The notes: a model not told the origin generated them from the sequence alone. DNA of 64,000 nucleotides from an uncultured Gemmatimonadaceae bacterium (GCA_963829055.1 CAWHHI010000020.1:960001-1024000), one strand, 5' to 3'. Numbered from the stretch's first letter, positions 1 to 10,585 are shown. Made by a program: numbers and translations.

Positions 1-135
1 GGTGCTGGCGGCGCAGGGGCTTCGACGCCGGAGTGTTCGGCGCACAGTGGGATGGGAAGTGGCCGTTTACACGAGGTCCAACGCGGGCGATTCCGAGTCG
101 CGGACGTCGTGATCGGCTGCTTCATGTTCGAATTG

Positions 136-2455
136 TCAGCGCGTCGGTCCGGCCGGGTGTTCGATCATCACGTGCGACCACCACGTTCCCGACGCCATGA
201 CGTACGGCATCTGGGTCCGCTGGAGATCGGACACTGTCGACTCGTCAGGCAAGCCCATCGACACTGCAGTGGCAAACGGGACGTGGAGCGACTGCCAGCG
301 ATTCATTTGCGCCGTTACCGCGCCGGTCGCCGGAACGTATGCGTCCTGAGGACCGAGCACGCGGTAGCCGGCCGCCGGATGCGCGGGCAGCGTCAGCGTC
401 CCCGCGCGCACGTCTGCCGTGATGCGTGCGTCGAGCGAGTCACTCGTTAGGCCCGACCGAAGCAGGTCACCAACCCGGAACATGAGCCGAATCATCGTCG
501 CCTCGTAGCACCGCGCGTCCCACGCCGCCTCACCGGGCACAACCCGCATGCACACCATGCCGTTCGATCCTTGTCGCACGACGACTCGACGGCCCGGCGA
601 TTCGATACGCATCACCGTCGCACCGCTTTGCAGTTGCTCCGGCAGCGGCAGCACCGCGAAGCGGATGTCGTCGCCGACCGCGTCGTTGCCTCCGACCGCC
701 GCTGGCCTGAAGCGCCCGGCCGCACCGGCACGCACCTCGGCCAGCGCGGGGACGTCTGCGTCCGCGCGTTTCCAGATCGTCAGTAGTTGCGTGTACGACT
801 TGATTGCCGCGTCACGGTCACCCATGGCGACACGTGCACGCGCCAACCCGAGCAGTGAGGCAGACCGGTTGGGTACATGGGCGAGCACGCGCTCGAACTG
901 GGCAGCCGCACTGTCGGCACGCCCGGCTTTCATGTACTCGGCGCCGAGGAGCTCTCGGGCGAAAAGGAACGAGGGCGGGCCAACCATCGGAATCTGATCC
1001 TCGAAGTCGCCGGCGTGAGAGAAGCGCTCGATCGCCCGCGACCGGTCTCCGCGCGCTTGCGCGAGCAACCCCTCGAGCTGCGACGCCAGGAAGTCAAACG
1101 CGGGCGGCGCGCGACGACCGGCGGAATCAGCGCGGGACCGGAACGTGGCAGCGCCCGCCGCCAGCGCCGCCGTATCTCCGCGCACTCCCTGAATAACGAC
1201 GCGCTCGTAATCGGCGCGCATCGCGAAGAACTGCTCGCGTCCGTTCTGCGCCGGCCTTTTAGCAGTTGGCGGAAGGACCGCGTCGTTCCAGCGGCCGGTC
1301 TGGGCGGCCGCGAGAAACGCCAGGTTCGACACGGCGTAGCGTCCATCGATGTGGGACGCGGCGGAGACGTCGGCGTTCCCGATCACCCGGCGCGCGGAAT
1401 CGACCAGCGCACGCGCAGCACGCCAGCGTCCGCTCTCGAGATACGCGTAGGAGAGAAAGAGCAGGCTGTGCGAGTCGAGCTCGGCTCCGCTGAGGTGGTC
1501 ACGCGACCATCTCGCGACGCCATGCGGCCCACGACCGCTCGTTCGACGCGGCGACTTCGTCCCACAGTCCGAGCCGAAGGAATACGTGGGACGGCATGTG
1601 CAGTGCGTGCGACGCGTCCGGTGCTATTCGCGCGTAGGCACGGGCCGCGGGCAGCGCGGACGTCGTGAACGATGGATCCTCGTCGGAAATGTGGATGAGA
1701 TAGTGCGGCGCTCCGGGGTGGTTCGGATTCGTCCTGAACACGTGCTCGGCGCGCTCGACCATCTGCTTCGCCCGAACCTTCTTTGTGTCGGGCGGGTACG
1801 CGTCCTCGCCGATCGCTATCACGAGTGCGAGTGACGTGAACGCGGCAGCCTCCAGGTCGTCGGGGTACAGGCTCGTTAGGCTGCGCATCGAATCCGCGAA
1901 CGCGCGAGCGCGAACCTCCATCGATGTGTCGGCGAAGAACGCCTCGATGGCAGCACCATAGGCGCGTTCGCGCGGCGTCGCTGCCCGGGCCAGGCGGGCT
2001 TGCAGCGTCGGTTCCAGCCGCGCGAGCACCTGACGGGCCGCCTTGGGGTCATCCTCGCTCCACAGCGGGTGCGAGTGCGTGAACGCCTCGAACCAGTACG
2101 GAAGGGCGAACGCGGTGTCGGCGCGCTCGGCGGCTTGAAAGGCTTTCGCCGCCTCCTCGTAATGGAAGCTGTGCAGGAACGCGATTCCGCGGAGAAACGC
2201 CGCCTGAGCGCGAGCGTTGGCTGAGGTTGGGAATGCAACTGTGCCCAGGCGCGGAGCGCCTTCGCCTCTGGCGTCGTGCGCGTGTGTGTCGGCCTGGGCG
2301 ACCAGCGGGTGAGCCTGAAGCGCCAGCGCGAGCGCCGTCGTTCGGGCGATCCGTCGTACCCACTGGCGGCGGATCGAACCCGCCTGATCAATGTGTCGTG
2401 TCATTGTTCTCGAAGCCGTATGCGAGTCGTATGTGCGTTCGCGACTCGACGACAT
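136..2455 (-). CDS. Secreted TPR-repeat protein fused to a C-terminal conserved hypothetical domain; one frameshift at ~1500
   Basis: ORF 1499..2455 has a signal peptide (ALALALQAHPLVAQA) and the motifs GTVAFPTS..AQAAFLRGIAFLHSFHY, HPGAPHYLIH and HALHMPSHVF. It continues in another frame (DHLSGAELDSHSLLFLSYAYLESG..VIGNA) into ORF 136..1386. The true start may be ~2402. Confidence 0.75.
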
Positions 2456-2657
2456 GTGGGTGGGCTCGCGCCGAACGGTGGCAACGACGCCTAACGACCA
2501 GTATACGGCGCGCGTCCGGGACGGGATAGAGCCAGCCGTGCCGCAGCCGCGTCTCCTGCTCGCCTGGGGAGTCGGCAGCGTCCTTGACGGTCACCACAAT
2601 GGGCCCCATGGTTCCCGCGCGTGACTGGAGCATTCCCGTCCCCTTTCCCAGCGACGA

Positions 2658-2873
2658 GTGACGACGGCACCGCAACGTCTCACGACCGTGCTCGGCGATC
2701 GCTATCGCATCCCAGCCGGCAGCAGTCGAAGCGTTAGGCTCGGCGACGCACCGGTGCAGGGCCCGCGCACCGAATGGGACTCGTGGGACGGGCGACGGTT
2801 CGTCGTCGTCAAACCCGTCGACCGGCCCGACATCTATCTGCTTCGCAACTTCGGCGAGCTGCTGAAACGCTGA
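2658..2873 (+). pseudogene. Internally deleted Ser/Thr kinase remnant (N-terminus joined to C-terminus)
   Basis: MTTAPQRLTTVLGDRYRI matches the pre-kinase N-terminus. WDGRRFVVVK..IYLLRNFGELLKR resembles the C-terminus of kinase/beta-propeller proteins. The kinase core is absent. Confidence 0.55.
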
Positions 2874-2895
2874 TCCCGCCGCATCACTGACACGA

Positions 2896-5800
2896 TCAAG
2901 GCCCGAGGCGCGCGTGACGTCGCGCAGCCGCCGCCTGTTGCGCGTACGGGGCGTCGCCATGCTCCCACGCGCGCGCCACCCAGGCGTGGTGCACTGCAGC
3001 GCTATCCGCACGGCCCGCCGCGTCCCACGCCTGGGCCAGGAGCGCGTGCACCTCGGTGTGCGTCACATAATAGTTCGACGCGTCCACCTTCCCACGCAGC
3101 ACCGGCTGCAGGGCAGCGATCGCGTCGCGCGGGCGGCCACGCTCGAGCAGGACGACGGCGAGATCGTAGTTCACGCGCGTGTAGCCGGCGGGCCAGGAAA
3201 AGATCGCGGACCGAAATGCGGCCTCGGCGCCGTCCAGATCGTTTCGAGCGAGGAGTACGAGCCCATGGACGTAGCGACCGAGCCGGCGATCACGCACGTG
3301 TCCACTCTGCGCGCCCACGGCGTCGATCGTGTCCGCCAGCGCCACCACGGCCGCCGTATCCCCCGCGCTGGCAAGCGCTCGCGCCTTGTGCGTTAGGCGC
3401 CACGCCCGCTCCCGCGCCCGGCCGGACGGTGCCTCCTCCGGCGCCCGCCAGTGCGATATCGAATCGAACAGGGCGGCAGCCTCCCGGTACCGGCCAGCCT
3501 CGAACAGGATCGCCGCGAGGGGAGCGGCCGACGGCGACACGGCTCCCACGATCCCGCTGTCGAGCGGCACAGCCAGGGCGCGGTACTGTCGCGCGACGGT
3601 AGCGGCTTCCGTCAGCCGGCCCTGATAGCGAAGAGACAGGATGAGCTGCCAGAGCGCTTCGCGCTGCGCCGGTGCGTTGCCGGCTTGGAGCGCGGCACGA
3701 ACCAGTCGCTCGCCCGTCGTTAGGTCTCCGGTTCGGAGTGCGTGTGTCGACGTCCGGGTCACTGCCGCCACGGGATCCTGGTCGAGCGCGGCAATGCGCT
3801 CGGTCAATTTCGCGGCGTCCGTGAACTTCCCCGCGCGCTCGAATACATCCCAGAGCGCGATCCACGACGCGGCAATGTGGGGCTGCAGTTGCGTCCATCG
3901 CCGCGCTTCCCGCTCCGCCGCGGCGAGTGAGTCAGCCACATCGTAGGCAGCCACGATCTGGAACATTGCCGTACATGCGTTGCAGCCGCCCACGCTGTCC
4001 GCGCGCGTGAACGACAGGGAGTCCATGGCAATCACGCGCTGAAGAGGGGCGATGGCCGCCATGTACTCGCCGTCCTGAAGGCGCGCCAGACCGGCGTAGA
4101 GGTGGCCCTCTGTTTCCTGCGGGTACCGGTTCACGAGCGAATCGGCGACCACTCCCAGCTCAGGCGACGCCGCGAACCAGGCCCAGCCTGCTCGAATCGT
4201 CAACCGCTCTCGTTCCGTTGCACGTGCCGAGAGTCGCAGGGCCCGATTCAACCGGTTCATCATCGGCACGCGCAACGTCGATGTGCGACCATATTGGTAG
4301 GCCGCCATGGCAAACATGGAATCCTCTCGCACCGCCAACCCGAACAACCGTTCGGCCGTCGCAAGGTCTCCGTCCGCGAGCGACTGAAGTCCTTCGACGT
4401 AGAAGCTGTACGCCGCCACCGACCTGGTCGTGGCGCCGGCGATCGATCCCGAAGGAACAGGACTGCCGTGCGCCGCAACGAGGCGTGCCGTTCCGCTGTC
4501 CACCAGCGTGAAGAGGTCCTGCCCCTCGATCGAATGGACGCCGCTGATCGCGCCCGTCGCGAGGTCGACGCGCCGCAGATCGAGGCGAAGCATTCCCTCG
4601 GGACGCGCATACAGGATGCCGTCGATGATCTCCGTCGCCCCCGCCTGACGCGCCGCCTCCACAAAGCCCGCTGCGCCGGTGTCCGCCGGCGTTCGGAGGC
4701 GACGCAGCAGTTCCAGCATTCGCCCCGCACTGACGACCCGAAGTCCGCGCGAGCGCCCAAGGCTCGTGGCCAGAAGATCCGCGACCGGGCCGGCGAGCGC
4801 GCGCGTCGACGAGTCCGCACCGTAGCTGACGATGCGCCCCACCGCCACGACCACCGATGGCTCGTTAGGCGACAAGGTGCCGAAACGTCCCTTGAGTCCC
4901 TGCGTGGCCAGAAGCCCCGCAGCGGCGACGCCAGCCAGCGCCGGGATGAGCCATGCCCGAGTCCAGATGCGCGATGCCTGGCGAGTCGATTGGCGCGCGG
5001 CCACGCCGCTCGCGACCTCGACCGGAGCCGGCGATGGCGATGGCATCGCGCGCTCCACGGCGTCGCTCGCTGGCTCGGACTGGGGGACGACTCGCTCCAC
5101 CTCCGCCGCGACGTCCGGCGGCAGCTGATCGCCCGTTGCGATAGGCGGGGCAGCCGGCTCGGCCCGCGCGGCTCCGGGAGTGGGCCGGGTGACTTCATCA
5201 GAGTGCACGCGCAGCCGCTCGGCCAACGCGGTGACCTCCTTGTCCGGCGGAAGCTCGAGCTCCTGCTCGACGAGCAGTTCGTAGACGCGAGCGTGTCTGA
5301 TCGCGCCAGCACGATCGCCGGACGCGGTGAGCGCTTCCATGAGCCCAACCGCGACGCGGGCGTTGAGCGGCTCGAGTGCCGCGAGCCTTCGCCACCAGCC
5401 GACGGACACCGCGGCGTTCCCGCTAGCGAGCGCACTGCGTGCGAGTGACTCGACCACCCGCGCATGGTCCTGCGCAAGCACCGCGCGTTCGCGCTCGACC
5501 CACCGCGTGAATTCGTCGGCGCCGGAAACGTGGAAGCCGTCGAGGAATGGTCCAGCGTACAGCTCCGCCGCGCGTGCGTCGTTGCCGCGCGAGACCGCCG
5601 CGGCGAACTCGGTCACATCGGTCGTGACGAGCGCGGGATCAAAGCGGAGGTCCTTCGAGCCGCCGATCGCGTCTTCGGCGACCAGGTCCTTTCGCAGCGC
5701 GTAGAGCGCCTGGGAGAGCGTGCGCGATCCGCGCTCGTCGTCGGCGTCGGGCCAGAGCAGCGCGAGCACCTTGTCGCGTGACACGCCCCGCTCACCGGCG

Positions 5801-5913
5801 CGCGCGAGCAGGGCCAGGATCGCCATGCGCCTGGGCTGAGCGGCGGCCCCCGCGAGGGAGGCACCATCGCCGCCACGGACGGAGAGACAACCGAACGTCT
5901 GAATTCGGATCAC
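2896..5913 (-). CDS. BTAD/SARP-family transcriptional activator with predicted TM segment and TPR repeats
   Basis: VIRIQTFGCLSV..QPRRMAILALLA..SRDKVLALLWPD..LSQALYALRK..LYAGPFLDGF..EFTRWVERER; hydrophobic segment AWLIPALAGVAAAGLLA. GTG start at 5913 within ORF 2896..6009. Confidence 0.9.
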   Translation of the reverse strand: MIRIQTFGCLSVRGGDGASLAGAAAQPRRMAILALLARAGERGVSRDKVLALLWPDADDERGSRTLSQALYALRKDLVAEDAIGGSKDLRFDPALVTTDVTEFAAAVSRGNDARAAELYAGPFLDGFHVSGADEFTRWVERERAVLAQDHARVVESLARSALASGNAAVSVGWWRRLAALEPLNARVAVGLMEALTASGDRAGAIRHARVYELLVEQELELPPDKEVTALAERLRVHSDEVTRPTPGAARAEPAAPPIATGDQLPPDVAAEVERVVPQSEPASDAVERAMPSPSPAPVEVASGVAARQSTRQASRIWTRAWLIPALAGVAAAGLLATQGLKGRFGTLSPNEPSVVVAVGRIVSYGADSSTRALAGPVADLLATSLGRSRGLRVVSAGRMLELLRRLRTPADTGAAGFVEAARQAGATEIIDGILYARPEGMLRLDLRRVDLATGAISGVHSIEGQDLFTLVDSGTARLVAAHGSPVPSGSIAGATTRSVAAYSFYVEGLQSLADGDLATAERLFGLAVREDSMFAMAAYQYGRTSTLRVPMMNRLNRALRLSARATERERLTIRAGWAWFAASPELGVVADSLVNRYPQETEGHLYAGLARLQDGEYMAAIAPLQRVIAMDSLSFTRADSVGGCNACTAMFQIVAAYDVADSLAAAEREARRWTQLQPHIAASWIALWDVFERAGKFTDAAKLTERIAALDQDPVAAVTRTSTHALRTGDLTTGERLVRAALQAGNAPAQREALWQLILSLRYQGRLTEAATVARQYRALAVPLDSGIVGAVSPSAAPLAAILFEAGRYREAAALFDSISHWRAPEEAPSGRARERAWRLTHKARALASAGDTAAVVALADTIDAVGAQSGHVRDRRLGRYVHGLVLLARNDLDGAEAAFRSAIFSWPAGYTRVNYDLAVVLLERGRPRDAIAALQPVLRGKVDASNYYVTHTEVHALLAQAWDAAGRADSAAVHHAWVARAWEHGDAPYAQQAAAARRHARLGP

Positions 5914-6032
5914 AGCCGGCGGCCTGCCACGTGTTGTGGGCGGTGCGGCTAAGGTAGGTCGCCCCTGAGCGGGGAGCAACGGAGCGGATCGTTCGCGAGT
6001 GCGCTGCATGGCGACGGAACAATCGGCGTGCG

Positions 6033-6063
6033 TATCACGCGGATATCACGCGGTTATCGCGGA
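6033..6063 (+). promoter_or_regulatory. Three direct repeats at 11-bp period (TATCACGCGG, TATCACGCGG, TATCGCGG); candidate SARP/BTAD operator
   Basis: TATCAC at 6033 and 6044, TATCGC at 6055, in the divergent gap between the BTAD gene and the lipoprotein gene. Confidence 0.6.
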
Positions 6064-6251
6064 CGCCTCCGCCAGCCGCCGGGCCGGACCGCAGGCGCGC
6101 ATCGAGACTGTTGGAGCACAACAACTTGAGCGTCATGCGCCGCAGGTGGTTTGCGCGAAATACGCCACGCGCACCATTCGCCCCGCTCGCCACCACGGCG
6201 CGCCGGATTTTCGAATCCGACCCATGCCTGACTAATTCACTGGAGCTACCA

Positions 6252-6671
6252 ATGCGCACGCTTCTTCTCCTATCCGTCGTTGCCACCCTGGCCGCTTGTG
6301 CCGACGAGCAGCCCGCTACGGCCCCACGGAGCACGCCCACGGCAACCGTTCCCATGGCGCAAGCCGGCGTCGACGCTCCGACGGGTCAAGGCAAGCCCGC
6401 AGCTGGACCTGTCGGCTTCACCACGGTCACGGTGGTGACGTCAAACGAGTTCTCGACGCCAGGTGGTGCGATTGCCGGACAAGCCTATTGCCCCGCCGGG
6501 ACGACCCGAATCAGCGGTGGCTACGCCTTCACCAGCGAGGGGAACCCGAGCGCGCCGCCGATCGTGACCCAGAACCAGCCGTTCGGGAACGGCTGGTGGG
6601 TCCGGATTCTGGCCACGCTGCCCGGGTCCTACGGTGGTGCGTTCAAGGTGTACGTGCTCTGCGCGAGCTGA
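6252..6671 (+). CDS. Hypothetical lipoprotein
   Basis: GGAG RBS; lipobox MRTLLLLSVVATLAAC; C-terminal CPAG..SGGY..W..VYVLC motif. Confidence 0.8.
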   Translation: MRTLLLLSVVATLAACADEQPATAPRSTPTATVPMAQAGVDAPTGQGKPAAGPVGFTTVTVVTSNEFSTPGGAIAGQAYCPAGTTRISGGYAFTSEGNPSAPPIVTQNQPFGNGWWVRILATLPGSYGGAFKVYVLCAS

Positions 6672-6761
6672 GCATCGCGGATCACGCTGTGACCGAGTCG
6701 CGCGGCCGGTTGCACGTTGCCGGCCGCGCGACGTCTCCTTCCCTCTCTCATGTCCTGACTC

Positions 6762-7193
6762 ATGACCTCGGATCAGGTTCTGCTCGTGCGGTCGTCGTGG
6801 GCGGCGATCGCGACGCACGGCGACGAACTGAGCGTGCGGTTCTACGACCATCTCTTCGCGATCGACTCGAGCGCGGCACGTCTTTTCTCCCATGTGGACA
6901 TGAGCGCGCAGCGAGCGAAGCTCGCGCAGATGCTCGGCGCGGTGGTCCACGCACTCGATGACATCGACAGCCTGCTGCCCACAGTCGCCGCACTCGGCAA
7001 ACGGCACACGCGGTACGGTGTCGAGCACCGGCACTTCGACAGCGTGGAAGAAGCGCTGTTCCGCGCGTTCTCCGATACGTTAGGCGCTGTCTTCACGGCG
7101 GAGCTGCGCGCGGCCTGGGCGGAAGCGTACGCGCTGATCGCATCGGTGATGAAGCGGGCACTGATGCGCAGTACCGAGAAGGCGAACGTGTAG
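6762..7193 (+). CDS. Single-domain globin (flavohaemoglobin-type globin domain)
   Basis: FYDHLF..LF..DMSAQRAKL..LGKRH..YGV..HFDSVEEAL..AW.EAY. Confidence 0.92.
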   Translation: MTSDQVLLVRSSWAAIATHGDELSVRFYDHLFAIDSSAARLFSHVDMSAQRAKLAQMLGAVVHALDDIDSLLPTVAALGKRHTRYGVEHRHFDSVEEALFRAFSDTLGAVFTAELRAAWAEAYALIASVMKRALMRSTEKANV

Positions 7194-7219
7194 CTCCTGG
7201 CCACCTGTGAGAATCGCCA

Positions 7220-7402
7220 GTGGCGGCGCAACTTCGACGATCTGCTGAAACGCTGATCCGGCCGTGGGCGGAGGAGTGTGGAACGCGCGAGTACATGCAA
7301 CCCTGCATACTGTCGTACGCGGCGGCAGCGGCTGGTGACATGGACAAGGCGATCATGTATGCCGATATCCACAGGCACGGCCGGCAGCGTCGGGCGGCGT
7401 AG
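7220..7402 (+). pseudogene. Fragment resembling a TPR-type C-terminal region
   Basis: REYMQPCILSYAAAAAGDMDKAI resembles the tail of kinase-TPR proteins; no credible start. Confidence 0.3.
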
Positions 7403-7640
7403 AAGTGCAGATCGCATCCGTCGGATCCCAGAAGAACGCCGGGCCGCCGTACGCCACGTCCGCGCCGTCCTTGCCGCCATCCTGCACCCAGTACACGCCC
7501 TTGTCTCCGACCCTCGAGAAGTTGTCGTCGTAGGTCTTCACCGTGATCATGCTGATGTACGCCGTGTTGCCGACGACTCGAATACAAACGGGTTCCTGTA
7601 TGAGCTCTCCCCTTTGTGAACGGCCCGAACGCGGTTCGAC
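7353..7640 (-). pseudogene. C-terminal fragment of a secreted hypothetical protein
   Basis: Coding-like stretch PVCIRVVGNTAYISMITVKTYDDNFSRVGDKGVYWVQDGGKDGADV; the N-terminus appears to be missing. Confidence 0.4.
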
Positions 7641-7746
7641 ATTCGCGAGTTTCACGATCGCGTCCTTGGAGGACGGCGGGGTGCCCCTCACATTCCTGCG
7701 GCTACCAGTCGAACGCTGGGTCACGCAGACAGGCACGAAAGCAAGA

Positions 7747-7850
7747 ATGAGCGAGCGCCGGAGGGCAGCGCTTGCCGATCGCTACCGCATATCCTCGTGG
7801 ATCAGTGGTCTGCGAATTGTGGATTGGTTCTCTGAAGCGGCGCGCGGTTG
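7747..7850 (+). pseudogene. Second internally deleted Ser/Thr kinase remnant
   Basis: MSERRRAALADRYRI is followed within a few codons by LRIVDWFSE, which resembles the terminal 'vv.nWFeE' motif of kinase-propeller proteins. Confidence 0.45.
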
Positions 7851-8040
7851 CGCTGGCGACGTGGATCCAAGAAACGCACACCGACCATCGCCGAATCACC
7901 GATCGGGTCACCACGGAATCACCACCAGCGAGTTCAGGGACGAGACACGATCAGACCGACAGCCAAATGACCTGAACCGCCGGGTTCTTTCGTTATGGCT
8001 GGTGCGGGCACCATCACACGAGATGAGAGGACGGTCTGGG

Positions 8041-9471
8041 ATGCGAACGGGAGCCAGCGTACGAGCAGCAGTGACGGCGGTGGTCGGGTGTGCGGCCACG
8101 CTGACCGCGCAACAACGGCCGCCACTCCCACCCGGCGTCGCCCCATACGTGTCGGTGAACGCACCGCTGGTCGCGCTCACGCACGTGCGCGTCGTCGACG
8201 GAACCGGCGCGCCGGCGCGCGATGATCAGACGATCGTGATTCGCGGCGAGCGGATCGACGCCGTCGGCCCCGCGAGCTCGACTCGCGTTCCCGCCGGCGC
8301 GCAGGTGCTCGATCTCACCGGCCACACCGTCATCCCCGGACTCGTCGGCCTGCACGAGCACACGTGGTTCGGCGGAGTGCGCGTGAGCACGCCGATGGGC
8401 GCGAGCGCGTCATCGCTATACCTCGCGATGGGCGTGACCACGGCCATGACCGCCGGCAGCGAGTTTCCGTATCACGAGCTGAATCTGAAACGCGCCGTGG
8501 ACGCGGGGTCGGTGCCCGGTCCCCGGTTCGAGATCGCCGGGCCCTATCTCAACGGCGGCCCACCGCGCGCCTCCGCGGGGCAGAGCATCGTGCGCTCGCC
8601 GGCGGAAGCTCGACGCACCATCGCGTACTGGGCGAGCGAAGGCGCGACCTGGTTCAAGTTCCTCGGCGCGGAGACCCGCGCCGAGTTGGCGGCCGGGATC
8701 ACGGAGGCGCACGCGCGTGGACTCAAGGTCACGGGTCACCTCTGCTCCGTCACGTTCACCGAGGCGGCCGCGCTCGGGATCGACCTGCTCCAGCACGGGT
8801 TCATCACGAACAGCGAGTACGTGGCGAACAAGGCGCCTGACGTCTGCCCGCCAGAGAACATGCGCGCGCAGGCGAACGTCAATGTGAGCTCCGCGGCGGT
8901 GCAGGCGAGCATCCGCGCGATCGTGTCCCGCGGTGCCGCCGTTGCGTCCACGTTAGGCGTCTACGAGACCTTCATTCCCGAGCGCGCACGCCTCGACTCG
9001 GCTGCAATGGCGATGCTCGCGCCCGCCACACGCACGGAGGTCCAGGCCAACCACGCCGGCCTCGCTCAGAGCGGGTTCACCATTCCCGTACCGCTGTTGA
9101 AGAAGATGATGGAATGGGAACGCGCGTTCGTGCGCGCCGGAGGCCTGCTCGGCGCCGGTTGCGATCCGTGGGGCACCGGCTTCCTGCCCGGCTTCGGCGA
9201 TCTGCGGAACTACGAGTTGCTGCTCGAAGCCGGGTTCAAGCCTGAAGAAGCGGTGCAGATCATGACGTTCAACGGCGCGCGCATTCTGGGCAAGGAACGG
9301 CAGCTCGGCTCGATTGCACCCGGCAAGCTGGCGGACGTCGTGGTCATCCGGGGAAACCCGTTAGGCACGCCGCGAGCCATCTACAATGTCGTGACTGTGT
9401 TCAAGGGCGGCCTGGGCTACGATTCCGCACGGCTGCGGGAGGCGGTGAAGGGTCGAATCGGCGGGTCGTGA
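8041..9471 (+). CDS. Secreted amidohydrolase family protein
   Basis: Signal peptide; DLTGHTVIPGLVGLHEH; GVTT; GSIAPGKLADVVVI. Confidence 0.9.
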   Translation: MRTGASVRAAVTAVVGCAATLTAQQRPPLPPGVAPYVSVNAPLVALTHVRVVDGTGAPARDDQTIVIRGERIDAVGPASSTRVPAGAQVLDLTGHTVIPGLVGLHEHTWFGGVRVSTPMGASASSLYLAMGVTTAMTAGSEFPYHELNLKRAVDAGSVPGPRFEIAGPYLNGGPPRASAGQSIVRSPAEARRTIAYWASEGATWFKFLGAETRAELAAGITEAHARGLKVTGHLCSVTFTEAAALGIDLLQHGFITNSEYVANKAPDVCPPENMRAQANVNVSSAAVQASIRAIVSRGAAVASTLGVYETFIPERARLDSAAMAMLAPATRTEVQANHAGLAQSGFTIPVPLLKKMMEWERAFVRAGGLLGAGCDPWGTGFLPGFGDLRNYELLLEAGFKPEEAVQIMTFNGARILGKERQLGSIAPGKLADVVVIRGNPLGTPRAIYNVVTVFKGGLGYDSARLREAVKGRIGGS

Positions 9472-9478
9472 GCCGGCG

Positions 9479-10585
9479 TCATGGCGCGGGATGCAGCGTC
9501 AGCTTCTGGACGCGCCAGTTGAGCAGCTCCGCCACGTACAGCTCGTTCTCCGACGGGCACGCAATCTCGTGGATCCAGCCGAACTGCTTCACGTCCTTGC
9601 CCGCCTCGCCTAACACACCGAGGACCTTGCCGTCGAGCGAGAGCTTGTAGATGCGACCGGGCACCGCATCCGCGCTGTACAGGACCTGATTCGGCCCCGG
9701 CGTTATGCAGATCGCCCACGGTGCACCCGACACGGCGAGCGGGTTCGACCCCGCGCTCGGCATCGCGCCGAGCATGACGTTAGGCGCCCCGGCGAACGGG
9801 ACGTCGATGGTGAACTGGCGGAGGAAGGTACCGTCCGCGTCGAATACCTGGATGCGCCGGTTCGTGCGGTCGGCCACGTAGACGTTGCCGCGGGCGTCGC
9901 TGGCGATCGAGTGAAGGATGTTGAACTGGCCCTGCTCCGCGCCGCGCTCGCCCCACGTCTTCACCCAGCGACCGTGCGCGTCGACCTTCACGACGCGCGA
10001 GTTGTTGTAGCCGTCGGCGATGAATGCGTTGCCGGCATTGTCCCAGGCGATGTCGGTCGGCCGGTTGAACGATCCCCAGCCCGGTCGCGGCTGCGTACCC
10101 GGCGCCGGCTCGGCCGGCGGCGCTTCCACGGCCTCGGCGCGACGGCCGAGCACCATGAGTACTCGACCCGCGGGACTCAGCTCGATGACCATGTTGGTCC
10201 CTTCGTCCACCGCCCAGATGTTGCCGCCCGGGCCAATGCGCACGGTGTGCGCGAATGCGAAGCCGTAGAGATTCTTGCCGAGCTCGCGGATGAACGACCC
10301 GTCGGGCCCGAACTCGAACAGCTGCGAAGCGGCGGCGCCGTGCACGGTGGTGCGTGAGCCGGTGCGGCTGAAGACGAACAGGTGGCGCCGCGCATCCATC
10401 GCGACGCCGGCGACTTCGCCGAAGTAGAGATCCGGCGGAAGCTTGAGGAAGTCGACGCTGGCGTCGAACTGAATTGTCGGCACGCCGGCGGCACCGGGAG
10501 CGCGCTCGGCCTGCTGTGCCTTCGCAGTGGCCGCAACACTCGCGGACAGCGATGCGACAGCAATGACGCCGTAGGTGAAGCTCAT
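9479..10585 (-). CDS. NHL-repeat protein, peptidyl-alpha-hydroxyglycine alpha-amidating lyase (PAL)-like
   Basis: GEVAGVA, FAHTVRI, FNRPTDIAWD..IADGYNNSRVVK, GQFNILHSIA, HEIACPSENELYVAELLNWRVQK; GGAG RBS. Confidence 0.9.
   Translation of the reverse strand: MSFTYGVIAVASLSASVAATAKAQQAERAPGAAGVPTIQFDASVDFLKLPPDLYFGEVAGVAMDARRHLFVFSRTGSRTTVHGAAASQLFEFGPDGSFIRELGKNLYGFAFAHTVRIGPGGNIWAVDEGTNMVIELSPAGRVLMVLGRRAEAVEAPPAEPAPGTQPRPGWGSFNRPTDIAWDNAGNAFIADGYNNSRVVKVDAHGRWVKTWGERGAEQGQFNILHSIASDARGNVYVADRTNRRIQVFDADGTFLRQFTIDVPFAGAPNVMLGAMPSAGSNPLAVSGAPWAICITPGPNQVLYSADAVPGRIYKLSLDGKVLGVLGEAGKDVKQFGWIHEIACPSENELYVAELLNWRVQKLTLHPAP

Noticed and set aside
1..125. Possible minus-strand gene start (ATG at 125) running off the window
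   Set aside because: No RBS or recognisable motif in about 41 codons.
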